Shown: piece after piece, positions 54,262-62,992 of the stretch
Position numbering within the stretch: position 1 is the stretch's first letter
Layout of the letters: every line of letters begins with the position of its first letter
IMG/VR virus record: IMGVR_UViG_3300050021_000500
Location: 1-64,000 of that record
DNA: 64,000 bases
DNA from: a virus
Reading direction: 5' to 3' (one strand)
Position numbers and translations under genes: made by a program
Notes under the pieces: model-generated
Told to the model about the DNA's origin: nothing
The model's input: the letters and a program-made list of their open reading frames with translations, nothing else
Database searches by the model: none

Positions 54262-55375
54262 GGGCACCGCTCTGCGTCGAACTGTTTGCTGGCCGATTTG
54301 GTTGGGGCCGCGGCTTTGTGTCTGAAGGCTTCCGAGTGGTCGGATTCGACATCGTTCACGAACCCTATCACGGTGAGGTTCCAAACGGCTGCCAACTCGT
54401 GCTTCAGGATGTGCTCACCCTCCATGGCTCACAGTTTAGGGACGCAACGTGCATCGTGGCTTCGCCGCCCTGCCAACGCTTCAGCTATATGGCGATGCCC
54501 TGGACGCGAGCGAAAGCACAAGCCGCTGAGATCCGCGCGGATAAAAGCGGCGCCGCGATGGCAGAATTGACTGCCTTGTTCGACTCTTGCTTCCGTATCC
54601 AGCACGAAGCCAGCGAAGCGGCTGGCCGCCATATCCCGCTGGTGGTAGAAAACGTGAAAGGTGCCCAACCTTGGGTTGGGAGGGCGAGGGCTCACTTTGG
54701 AAGCTACTATTTATTCGGCGATGTGGAATCGGTTAGCGGCGCCATCGTGGCATCGGTTCCCCGGTTCGGGCAAGTGCTGCGCGTCAAGCGGTCGCAGAAA
54801 TTCAACCCGGACGGATCGCAGCATGGTCAAGGCTCATGGTTTGCCATTGCCGACTCCAAGAATAGGGGCGCGCAGAAACGTGATGGCCGCGACTCCCACG
54901 CCTTTGAAAACGGGCTCGAGTCATCACCGAGTTTCAACGGCGCGGAACATGAAACGCGGCACGTGAAAGTGCCGGGCATGAATTGGAGCGGGTCGGATCA
55001 GCCAGGATATAAGGCTGTATGTTTCCGAGATGAAGGCGCGCGGCAACGAAAGAACGACGGTGGCTCCTGGTTCGCAGTGGCGCACAATACCAAAAGCGGC
55101 ACAGGGCAGAATCCGGTGAACGGACTGAAAACGGTCGGCCACGTGAACAAGCGAGATGGATTCGACCACACGCGACGCCTGACGAACCAGAGGGAATCGG
55201 ACGCCGTGAAGCAGCATCTATCCGGGCCGGAGTGGGCGCGGCATCCGTATCCTCCAAATCAGACAGCCGCAAAGCGGCCTCGGCCATGATCGCGGAGATT
55301 CCCTTCGACCTGGCGCGATACATCGCGCGATGTTTCAAGCCCGCAACAGCGGGTAGATCGGAGACCACTGCATGA
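54258..55375 (+). pseudogene. C5-cytosine DNA methyltransferase-like gene, frameshifted near 55235
   Basis: ELFAG..G, ASPPCQ.FS, VENV; C-terminal SKSDSRKAASAMIAEIPFDLARYIA lies in another frame ending at an ATGA junction (55375). Confidence 0.75.
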
Positions 55376-55689
55376 CGCCCCAACAATTTGCCGACCGCAT
55401 GAACCGGATGACGGGTGAGGAGATCGCCCAAGCGATGGAATCGCTGCCTACAGACGCGCTGGAGTGGGGTGTGAAGTTCGAGGCACTGGGCAACATGCCT
55501 GAAAAGCTGCCGAAGGGTTCCACGCTGAAACGTGACCCGTGCGTGATCCCGCCAGCCCAACCGTCGCCAGCAGAGCCCGGCGCTGGGCCGGCTCGGAAAT
55601 ACTGTAACTGCATCCACGGCACCGATGCCGGCCGGTACTGCGTGATCCGGCACGCTCCGTACTGCGCGCTCCATGGGGAGCACGCTTGA
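55372..55689 (+). CDS. Hypothetical protein containing translated element K
   Basis: Coupled on both sides. Confidence 0.45.
   Translation: MTPQQFADRMNRMTGEEIAQAMESLPTDALEWGVKFEALGNMPEKLPKGSTLKRDPCVIPPAQPSPAEPGAGPARKYCNCIHGTDAGRYCVIRHAPYCALHGEHA
55498..55596 (-). repeat. Paired hairpin element K (L-type; pairs with H)
   Basis: CCGA GCCGGCCCAGC [GCCGG..CTGGC] GACG GTTGGGCTGGC...TTTTCAG. Confidence 0.9.
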
Positions 55690-57080
55690 GCTATCGGATC
55701 ATCTGCGGTGACGCGCTGACAGTGCTGAAGACGATGCCCGAGGAAAGCGTGCAGTGCTGTGTGACGAGTCCGCCGTACTGGGGCCTCCGCGATTACGGCG
55801 TGGTCGGGCAACTTGGCTTGGAGCCCACCATCGAACTGTACATCGCCCATATCGTCGAGGTGTTCCGTGAAGTGCGGCGGGTGCTCAAGAACGATGCGAC
55901 GCTCTGGCTGAACATGGGGGATTCCTACTGCTCCGATGCCGGCGCCGATAGAAAACCCACCACGCTTGCCGGAGCCCGTGTCCCTTCTGGATGGACAAAT
56001 AGAGCGCAGCCACATCGGGTTCATGCACTCCGTAAGGGCAAAGATAAAGACCCGAAGCGCGGGGCGTCCGCCGACAGCGCCGTGATTTCTGCGGTAACCG
56101 GCCTAAAACCGAAAGACCTCTGCATGATCCCGGCGCGCGTCGCGTTGGCGCTGCAAGCGGATGGCTGGTGGCTCCGCTCAGAGATTGTGTGGCACAAGCC
56201 CAACCCGATGCCTGAGAGCATCCGGGATCGTCCGACCAAAAGCCACGAGATGCTCTACCTACTGTCGAAGAGCGAGAGGTACTTCTACGACGCGGACGCC
56301 ATCAAGGAGCCGACTACGGGCAGCGCCCACGATAGAGCGCGTAAGAACCGCGCCGCCGATGGGCAGAAGACGCTGCCGACAGCGGAACGAAACGGGGTGC
56401 GACCGGCATTTGAGCGCCTCGGACGCGAAGGCCTGAACAGTCGCATGCACCAAGACCGCGACGCCAATCATTCGAGCGAGCGGAAGGTCCGCGCGCCCGG
56501 CGTGAACCCGAAGGCGCAGAAGTGGCCCAACGCATGGAGTGCTGAAGACGGCCGCCACGATGGAATCGGCAACGGTCGTTTCCGCCCGAGCGGCAACAAA
56601 GAGCGCAAACTCGCGGGCCCGGCGAATGGACGCCTGGAGACGCACATGGGCAGCGGCGTGCCCTGGCCGCCGCAGATTCGTCCCAAGCAGAACGAATCAT
56701 TTTCGGCAGCGGTAGTGCGAACAGTGGAGCGGCGCAACCGGCGCACCGTCTGGACCATCGCAACGAAGCCATTCAGCGGCGCCCACTTCGCCACCTTCCC
56801 ACCGAAGCTGATCGAGCCCTGCATCCTGGCAGGCTCCCGGCCCGGTGACGTGGTGCTGGATCCGTTTGGGGGCGCGATGACCACGGCCCTGGTGGCGCAA
56901 GAGCATGGCAGGGATTCAGTGATGATCGAATTGAAGCCCGAGTACGTGAAGATGGGCGACGCGCGACTCGCTGACGCCAGAGCCGGTTCAGCGCCGGTCC
57001 TCCGGCGACGGTTTGAACCCGGCGGTGTGGAGCAAGCGGACACGGGCGCGGCGAAGAAACCACGGAGCCTTTTTCAGTAA
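55686..57080 (+). CDS. N4-cytosine/N6-adenine DNA methyltransferase (beta class)
   Basis: TSPPYWGLRDY, IVWHKPNPMPES, HFATFP, VLDPFGG. Confidence 0.92.
   Translation: MSYRIICGDALTVLKTMPEESVQCCVTSPPYWGLRDYGVVGQLGLEPTIELYIAHIVEVFREVRRVLKNDATLWLNMGDSYCSDAGADRKPTTLAGARVPSGWTNRAQPHRVHALRKGKDKDPKRGASADSAVISAVTGLKPKDLCMIPARVALALQADGWWLRSEIVWHKPNPMPESIRDRPTKSHEMLYLLSKSERYFYDADAIKEPTTGSAHDRARKNRAADGQKTLPTAERNGVRPAFERLGREGLNSRMHQDRDANHSSERKVRAPGVNPKAQKWPNAWSAEDGRHDGIGNGRFRPSGNKERKLAGPANGRLETHMGSGVPWPPQIRPKQNESFSAAVVRTVERRNRRTVWTIATKPFSGAHFATFPPKLIEPCILAGSRPGDVVLDPFGGAMTTALVAQEHGRDSVMIELKPEYVKMGDARLADARAGSAPVLRRRFEPGGVEQADTGAAKKPRSLFQ
56977..57077 (+). repeat. Paired hairpin element H (R-type; pairs with K)
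   Basis: CCAGA GCCGGTTCAGC [GCCGG-TCCT-CCGGC] GACG GTTTGAACCCGGC...TTTTCAG. Confidence 0.9.
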
Positions 57081-57128
57081 ATGGCCGCGCGCCCAGCGGG
57101 GAATGGGCGGAAGGAAGGATGACAAATC

Positions 57129-57353
57129 ATGAAAACGCGATGCAAGTTTCAGGTTGAAAAGGTCACGAAGTACAGTGGAGACTTTGAGCAAATCACGCTC
57201 AACGCCGTATATGGGGGATCGGCCGAAAATGTGAGCTTTGCTCAAGCCACGCCAACGGGGAAACTGGAAATCACGGTCAATAACCCGGCGGTAGTTGGGC
57301 AGATCACACCAGGGCAGTACTATTATCTGGATCTGATTCCAGCGGAAGCATAG
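57129..57353 (+). CDS. Conserved phage hypothetical protein
   Basis: R.KF.V...L.AV....EN..F..ATP.G.L...V.N......G..YY.D. Confidence 0.7.
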   Translation: MKTRCKFQVEKVTKYSGDFEQITLNAVYGGSAENVSFAQATPTGKLEITVNNPAVVGQITPGQYYYLDLIPAEA

Positions 57354-57474
57354 CGGGCCCCGAATCTTTCAACGTTGAGTCCAAAGAACAGAGATTCTTT
57401 GGGCAAATAAATCGAATTCAGCCGCATCGCCTTGGCGGACAATAAAGGCAGCAATCGGTGAAGGAGAACAGACA

Positions 57475-57897
57475 ATGATTCAAATGCAGAACCAGACGAT
57501 GAAGGTAATCAATGGGCAGGGGGTAACGACCATAACGGTTCCCGTGTGGGACAACCCAAGCTGCCAGATCCTGCTCGGCACACTGAACAAACAATCGGAC
57601 GCCGAAGCGGCGAACAACGCGGCGCTGGCGGAGTACACGCGCGAGGCCGTGAAGTACCAGACCGCGGCGGATGACGGGCGGCTGGAAACGACGGTACCGG
57701 CGCTGGTGTGGCCGGTGAAACCGAAGATGCAGATGGTGGGCGATCCGTACCTCTTGAACGGCGTGCTGATGCCCGGGGTGGCGACGGAGATCGACTTCTA
57801 TCCGCCGCTGGTGGATTTTGTGGCGCCGAAGACGGTCGGTACGTCGGGGCCCAAGACCGCAACGGATTTCGCCGCATCGGGTCAGGTGACCAGGTAG
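57475..57897 (+). CDS. Hypothetical protein
   Basis: AAGGAG RBS. Confidence 0.6.
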   Translation: MIQMQNQTMKVINGQGVTTITVPVWDNPSCQILLGTLNKQSDAEAANNAALAEYTREAVKYQTAADDGRLETTVPALVWPVKPKMQMVGDPYLLNGVLMPGVATEIDFYPPLVDFVAPKTVGTSGPKTATDFAASGQVTR

Positions 57898-57965
57898 GAA
57901 AAAGAAAAGACGTGACGAACGGGCAGAGCGGCATGTAGAGTAAAAGTAAAGGAGAATCAAGCTCT

Positions 57966-58052
57966 ATGAAATCGACGACCACAAAGACGAAGGCGCCCGC
58001 CAAGGGCAACAAGGTAGCCGGGAAAATTCCAGCGAAACGGAAGGCGAAGTAG
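57966..58052 (+). CDS. 28-aa Lys-rich peptide
   Basis: MKSTTTKTKAPAKGNKVAGKIPAKRKAK; AAGGAG RBS. Confidence 0.45.
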   Translation: MKSTTTKTKAPAKGNKVAGKIPAKRKAK

Positions 58053-58067
58053 CATCCCGGCAAACAC

Positions 58068-58101
58068 AAATGGCCCGCACTCGGGAAGAGCGCGGGCCAT
58101 A
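58068..58101. terminator. Terminator hairpin at convergence of early and late units
   Basis: ATGGCCCGC..GCGGGCCAT. Confidence 0.6.
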
Positions 58102-58134
58102 GCTGCGTTTGTCAGGCTGAAAATACGGAGAGGT

Positions 58135-58599
58135 TCAACGCTGGGGTTGGGGTGCGCGGCGGTCGAGATCGAGGAGCGCCCCGGCCATGTGGTTGACGAC
58201 GCGTTCTTCTTCCGCACGGTAGGACTCCGTGCGCTGCAACCCCGGAAGCATCCGCATCATTTCCAGGTGGATCAATTCATGGACCACGGTGACCTCGATG
58301 TCGCGCAGTATTGCGTCCAACGGTAGACGGTAGTCCGCGGGGTCGAGGACCTGAATCGCCGCGCTTTTCCTGGCTCGGTCCCAGCCGATGTGGCCCAGGG
58401 TTTTCGGCTTCATCTCTCCGGCGCGCGCCACCGCCACGGAGATGTCCCAGTCTTCGAGGTGCAGCCGCTTCTGCCATACCCAAACCTTTTCGGCGGCGAA
58501 GCTTTGGGCCATCACGGAGCGCTCAACCGGCTGGACAGATTGCGCGCGCACACTGCCCAGTAGAATCAGGGCCAGTACGGCATGCGCTGGGATGGTCAC
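58135..58599 (-). CDS. Exported HEXXH metallopeptidase-like protein
   Basis: Signal-like N-terminus; WQKRL.L.DW.I; VVHELIHL..EE. Confidence 0.65.
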   Translation of the reverse strand: MTIPAHAVLALILLGSVRAQSVQPVERSVMAQSFAAEKVWVWQKRLHLEDWDISVAVARAGEMKPKTLGHIGWDRARKSAAIQVLDPADYRLPLDAILRDIEVTVVHELIHLEMMRMLPGLQRTESYRAEEERVVNHMAGALLDLDRRAPQPQR

Positions 58600-58823
58600 A
58601 GCAATTTGCCGGCGAACAGATCCTTGAACCACTGGGCTCCCTTGCCAAGGGCTGCGTTCCAGGCTGTGGAACTGGCCCGCCAGGCTGCGCAGGCTGCTTG
58701 ACCTTCCGGGGTGCACAGGAAAGTGCAGAGGGATTCTGCCGCTTTGCAGATAGCTTGGATATCCGCGCTCACTGGATCGGATACGGAAACATTTACGGTT
58801 GGGTTTACAGATGGAGTTGCCAT
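58596..58823 (-). CDS. Small hypothetical protein (lysis region)
   Basis: 75 aa, amphipathic C-terminus. Confidence 0.5.
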   Translation of the reverse strand: MATPSVNPTVNVSVSDPVSADIQAICKAAESLCTFLCTPEGQAACAAWRASSTAWNAALGKGAQWFKDLFAGKLL

Positions 58824-58857
58824 AAAAAGCAGATTCCTAGTGGAAAAGGGTTCGCGG

Positions 58858-59478
58858 TTATACCGTGTTGAAGCGGGACAGTTTGGGATTGCCAAGCAGC
58901 GGAGCCGAGTTTTCGTAGATGCCCATCTCGACCAAATCCTGGGGGGTGCACTTCGTCCAATTCACCCCACAGAGCAGGCCGCACCGGGTGAGCGTCGAGC
59001 ACACGAAGGCCGAGCACACCATGGCATCCAACTTCTCGCCCTGCGCCACACGTGCGCCGATGACCGGGATGTCCCGCAGCAGGAACTCGAACAGGCCGTC
59101 CACGTCATAGGCTACATGACCGTCGCAGGCCCCCAGCCACGCGTAGAACTTCTCCCAGTCGATACGCCCGCGGCTTGCCTGCGACAGGCGTAGACCGGCC
59201 GCCTGGCCCCCCGGCGCGTACTCAGTGGAGATGACCGTGCCGAGCGGATTGGTTTGGACTCCATTGCGGTCGCCCTTCTCCAGGATGAAGGGCCGGGTGG
59301 ATTCGGAGATCAGCACGTCGCTGCCCTGGTGAACGGATTGCCGCACGATGGCGCAATGGCTCGGCCCGGCACCGAATAATTCAATCAACAGGGGTAGCGG
59401 TTTCCGGCCCCAGAACATCACCAGATCACCGGGGCGCAACTGCGCGCGGACGGCATTGTATTGCGCAAGATTGTTCAT
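58858..59478 (-). CDS. Permuted papain-like NlpC/P60 (YiiX/YebB-like) amidase
   Basis: LRPGDL..F, SHCAI, YD, CSAFV, TPQDL. Confidence 0.8.
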   Translation of the reverse strand: MNNLAQYNAVRAQLRPGDLVMFWGRKPLPLLIELFGAGPSHCAIVRQSVHQGSDVLISESTRPFILEKGDRNGVQTNPLGTVISTEYAPGGQAAGLRLSQASRGRIDWEKFYAWLGACDGHVAYDVDGLFEFLLRDIPVIGARVAQGEKLDAMVCSAFVCSTLTRCGLLCGVNWTKCTPQDLVEMGIYENSAPLLGNPKLSRFNTV

Positions 59479-59923
59479 AACGCTGTTTGCTCCACTTGGG
59501 ATGTCCCGGTTTGTCGAGGCGGATCATCGGCGCCCCGGGCCGGTTTCGATGGTGCGCGGCGCTTCTTGGGACTTTTCAGCCCGGGTAGGTCCCAGCCCGG
59601 CAGTTCATAGATGGGCGGCTCCTCATCGTCCAATTCGAAGAACGGTTGTCGGCGCATGGGGGAACCTCCAGGAAAAGCAGGATTCACAAATCGGCGTAGC
59701 CCACCATCGGCTTGTCGTCGAGCAACTCGAGCCTGACGAAATGCGAGCAGGCTCCCAGAATGCGGATCTTGCCTGCTACCACGCGGATGAGGGGCTCGAT
59801 ACCGCAATCTTCGATAGGGCAGGCCGGATGGGAAAGCGGCACGTAAAGGATGTTCAGATTCAGATGGGACACGAGGTTGAAAGAAAGCGAGGATGGAGCG
59901 AACGTCTTTGGGGATTGTTTAAC

Positions 59924-60253
59924 TTACTGCGCCGTGGGCTTCTCCGGCGTGGCCTTCGGGGAGCAGGTAGGCTCGCCATCGGGGCCGGCTACCAACTGCT
60001 GATCGCCGCACGCTTTCGCCAGTTCTGCCTGGATTGAATCCATTGCAGACTTCGCTTTTTGCGCCTGCATGCTGGCGCTGATCCACTCTGCCTGTGCCCT
60101 CCAGAATCGTGCGCGCTGCTCTGGCGTGATCGGTGTGATCCTGGCGAGCCTTGTGGCGAGAGCTTCGGCGGGGATGGGCGGCTTAGTGGCGGGAGGCGCA
60201 GTTTGGGCAAAAGCCAATCCGGCCAGCGCCATGATGATGAGAATCGTTTTCAT
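59924..60253 (-). CDS. Secreted coiled-coil protein
   Basis: MKTILIIMALAGLAFA-Q. Confidence 0.65.
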   Translation of the reverse strand: MKTILIIMALAGLAFAQTAPPATKPPIPAEALATRLARITPITPEQRARFWRAQAEWISASMQAQKAKSAMDSIQAELAKACGDQQLVAGPDGEPTCSPKATPEKPTAQ

Positions 60254-60312
60254 ATTTACTGAAGCTCCTGTGTTCCTTGACTTTTTGGTACGTACGCACG
60301 TAGTATCAGAAT

Positions 60313-60462
60313 GTGGACGCGAAAATCACCCTACTGGCCGATGCGGAAACCTGGAGACGCTTCCGCGTTGCCTGCCTGGAACGCGGGATAGTAGCCGGGC
60401 GCGCGTTTGAGAAATTCATGAAACAGCAACTCGCCCAACAGGCGAAGGAGAAAAACAGATGA
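60313..60462 (+). CDS. Ribbon-helix-helix (ParG-like) protein
   Basis: MDAKITLLADAETWRRFRVACLERGI...FEKFM; TTGACT-N18-TAGTAT promoter just upstream. Confidence 0.6.
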   Translation: MDAKITLLADAETWRRFRVACLERGIVAGRAFEKFMKQQLAQQAKEKNR

Positions 60463-60635
60463 TACCGTTTCTCGGACTTCCGGGAGTTCCCGCAATTGAG
60501 GTGATGTACTGGACACTCGTGCAGCAGGTTGACAAGATTCTGCTGCTCGTCGCTGGCACGCCGGCCGCTGCGTACCTGGAACAGTTGCGCGAGACATTCC
60601 TTACCATCTTGCGCGCTTACGGATGGTCGGTGTAA
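60459..60635 (+). CDS. 58-aa hydrophobic protein coupled to the RHH gene
   Basis: ATGA overlap, AAGGAG RBS; manual translation. Confidence 0.5.
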   Translation: MIPFLGLPGVPAIEVMYWTLVQQVDKILLLVAGTPAAAYLEQLRETFLTILRAYGWSV

Positions 60636-60656
60636 GGGGGGAGCCGGGCGGGTTCT

Positions 60657-62987
60657 TTACTGAACGCAAAAGTAATGCACTGGCCCGGACCCAGAATCAG
60701 TGATTATTAAATTAGTGGTGCTGGTAGATACCAGCACACTTGTGGCTGCTGAGGTTTGGCTGAAAACACAAACTGGCGCGGTCGCGTAAGCGGTTGCGAA
60801 TGTGATCGTGACCGATACCGGAATAGACCCGCTACAAGTGAAAGACCCCCGCACGTCACTACTCGCCGAACTCAGGGTACACCCGCTCCCTGTGATTGAC
60901 ATACCGGTAGGGTTGTCACTGCCACTGAGATGCCCGGCGCCGAAGGCCATTCCACTTCCAGCTGCGATTCCCCCAGTAGTTGTGATGCTAGTTGGATCTA
61001 TGATGGTTAGGTTCGCTCCGTCAAATAGTTCTATCTCCCGGAACACGCTGAACGCGAAACGGTGGGTAAGATCCCCTAGGCCAACTGTGTTGTCGGTATA
61101 CGGTTGCCATTCAGTCGATCCAAACGTAACCATTCCAGAGTTAAGGGAATTGACAGTTTCCGTTCCTTTCACGTACAGCGTATCAATCGTATTTATTCCC
61201 GTAAATGTATTGTTGGCGGATAGCGAGGCCCCGCACCCGGTCGTTGACACCACGCCGCTGGTGGCCTGCAAGCATCCCGTGAGGGAGCCAATACTCAATG
61301 CAGTAACGGCGGCAACTCCGCTATTTAGCACCAGCGTATTAGCAACCGCCCCAGACCGCACGGACTGAAATACTCCCGACGCCCCGCCATAAAAGCCCTG
61401 AGAGAAATCCCCGCCTGACGATCCAACCAACTCTACAGGCGTTGAACCGGGTCCCAGCTCCAGGTAACTCCCATACCCGGAAGGAGATGACAGCCAACTC
61501 TGCAAATTGCTCCCCGCGACCCCCGTCACGGTTAGACTCGTCAATGCTCCCCCGACCGTCTTCCATGACCACGCGCCCGAACCGTTGGTCTGAAGCACCT
61601 GCCCGTTCGTGCCGTCCGCGTCGGGAAGGACGAAAGTGACGGAACTGGAGATGGCGTCCGGGGCTTTCAGCGAGATCGAATCCGTCCCATTGCTGGATCC
61701 CTCGCGGAATTGCAGACTGGCAGCGGTGGAAGTGCTGTATGGGCCGATGACGACGTGCCCCCCTTGGGTGTGCAGCCTCCCCGCCGGTGAATTGGTTCCA
61801 ATACCGACCAGCCCATCGTTGGTGATCCGCATTTTTTCGGTCGGCGTTCCTGATGGCCCACTAGAATTAGTGGTCGTGAGAAATGCCAGGCTGCCACCCT
61901 GAGCGGCGGAATCTATCCCCCGTATGGCCGCCATCCCGTAATCCCCTGCATTCCAGTAGCTGTTTTTGAAAAGGACTCCGCCGCCATAATAGGCGGTTCT
62001 GCCGCCCGAAACCACTAAAGCATCGGCTGCTCCAGCGTCGCCTGTATTTATTACCGTGCCGCTTGATCCGACAACCATGCTGTCCTGCACACCCAACGAC
62101 CCATTAGGAGTCGTCTGAAACAAGATCTGGGCACCGTGCGCGGATCCTGTCCAGTTTTCCGTGGTCTGAATCTTCACCGCGGCCTGCCCATCGGACCAGC
62201 CAAGGGTATATTCGCCATGGTCTACGCTGCTGCCGTCATAGCCTCGCCCGTCAAGGATAAACAGATTGTCGCCTGATTGCACGGCGGCGGGCGAACCGAC
62301 CGTGCCCCGCGCGACGATCCCAGTCAGCACCGCCTCTGGATAATTCGATCCGCTGAAATGCTGAAATCGGCTGAGATTAGAGACGGAACCATACCCGGTA
62401 TAACCCACGCCAGAGGCGCTCTCGCGACGTGTCCAGAGCACCCAGTCCGACTGCCCGAAATCGTCGTTTGAATTGACGGAAAGCGTTCCACCGCTAGCTG
62501 GTGGACCAATTGCTACCACCGGGCCAGCGCCGATAGTGATGGAGGCCACCCCTCCTTGCCCCGGCGAATACCCGCCGCCGATTTTGAGCTTACTGGAATC
62601 TGCATCATCGACACCGAAATAGTAGTTATGCGTGGACGTGTGGTCCATGACTTCGAACGATGCCTGATACCCCTGTACTTGTACTTGATTTGCACTACTC
62701 GCAGTGCTCCCTACCCCCACAGTAAGCGCCCGGGTGAGTCCAGACGTGCCGATGGAAACCTTTCCAGTCGCCCGATAGATGTCACTGCCGCTGGTCGTCC
62801 ACTGTGCCGCCCCTGCCGCGCACGTCCCGAAGTCTGTGGTGCCGAGTTCGCAGATCACATTACCGGGAAACGTCGCCGGAGCCTTGATGGTCATGCAGTG
62901 CTTACTGCTCTGCTGGTCACATAGTTGGAGCGCGTTTGACTGCGCGAACAGCGGAAGGCAAAGGAGAAAAGTTGTTATGAGTTTCAT
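60657..62987 (-). CDS. Tail-fibre/adhesin-like protein with signal peptide
   Basis: Gly/Ser/Thr-rich; G.VGIGT..P...L repeats, EKMRIT.DG, LP.ADGTNGQVL.TNGSG..SW; C-terminal TITFA.AYA..P.C. Confidence 0.8.
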   Translation of the reverse strand: MKLITTFLLCLPLFAQSNALQLCDQQSSKHCMTIKAPATFPGNVICELGTTDFGTCAAGAAQWTTSGSDIYRATGKVSIGTSGLTRALTVGVGSTASSANQVQVQGYQASFEVMDHTSTHNYYFGVDDADSSKLKIGGGYSPGQGGVASITIGAGPVVAIGPPASGGTLSVNSNDDFGQSDWVLWTRRESASGVGYTGYGSVSNLSRFQHFSGSNYPEAVLTGIVARGTVGSPAAVQSGDNLFILDGRGYDGSSVDHGEYTLGWSDGQAAVKIQTTENWTGSAHGAQILFQTTPNGSLGVQDSMVVGSSGTVINTGDAGAADALVVSGGRTAYYGGGVLFKNSYWNAGDYGMAAIRGIDSAAQGGSLAFLTTTNSSGPSGTPTEKMRITNDGLVGIGTNSPAGRLHTQGGHVVIGPYSTSTAASLQFREGSSNGTDSISLKAPDAISSSVTFVLPDADGTNGQVLQTNGSGAWSWKTVGGALTSLTVTGVAGSNLQSWLSSPSGYGSYLELGPGSTPVELVGSSGGDFSQGFYGGASGVFQSVRSGAVANTLVLNSGVAAVTALSIGSLTGCLQATSGVVSTTGCGASLSANNTFTGINTIDTLYVKGTETVNSLNSGMVTFGSTEWQPYTDNTVGLGDLTHRFAFSVFREIELFDGANLTIIDPTSITTTGGIAAGSGMAFGAGHLSGSDNPTGMSITGSGCTLSSASSDVRGSFTCSGSIPVSVTITFATAYATAPVCVFSQTSAATSVLVSTSTTNLIITDSGSGPVHYFCVQ

Positions 62988-62992
62988 AGTCT

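Noticed and set aside
56855-56890. DPFGGAMTT deviation of MTase motif I as proof of inactivation
   Set aside because: A single substitution at a position that can vary; activity cannot be judged from sequence.
5318-57077. Reading the hairpin repeats as a CRISPR or TIGR-like guide array
   Set aside because: Copies are dispersed in inverted pairs kilobases apart, not tandem with spacers; no cas or Nop-domain gene was recognised.
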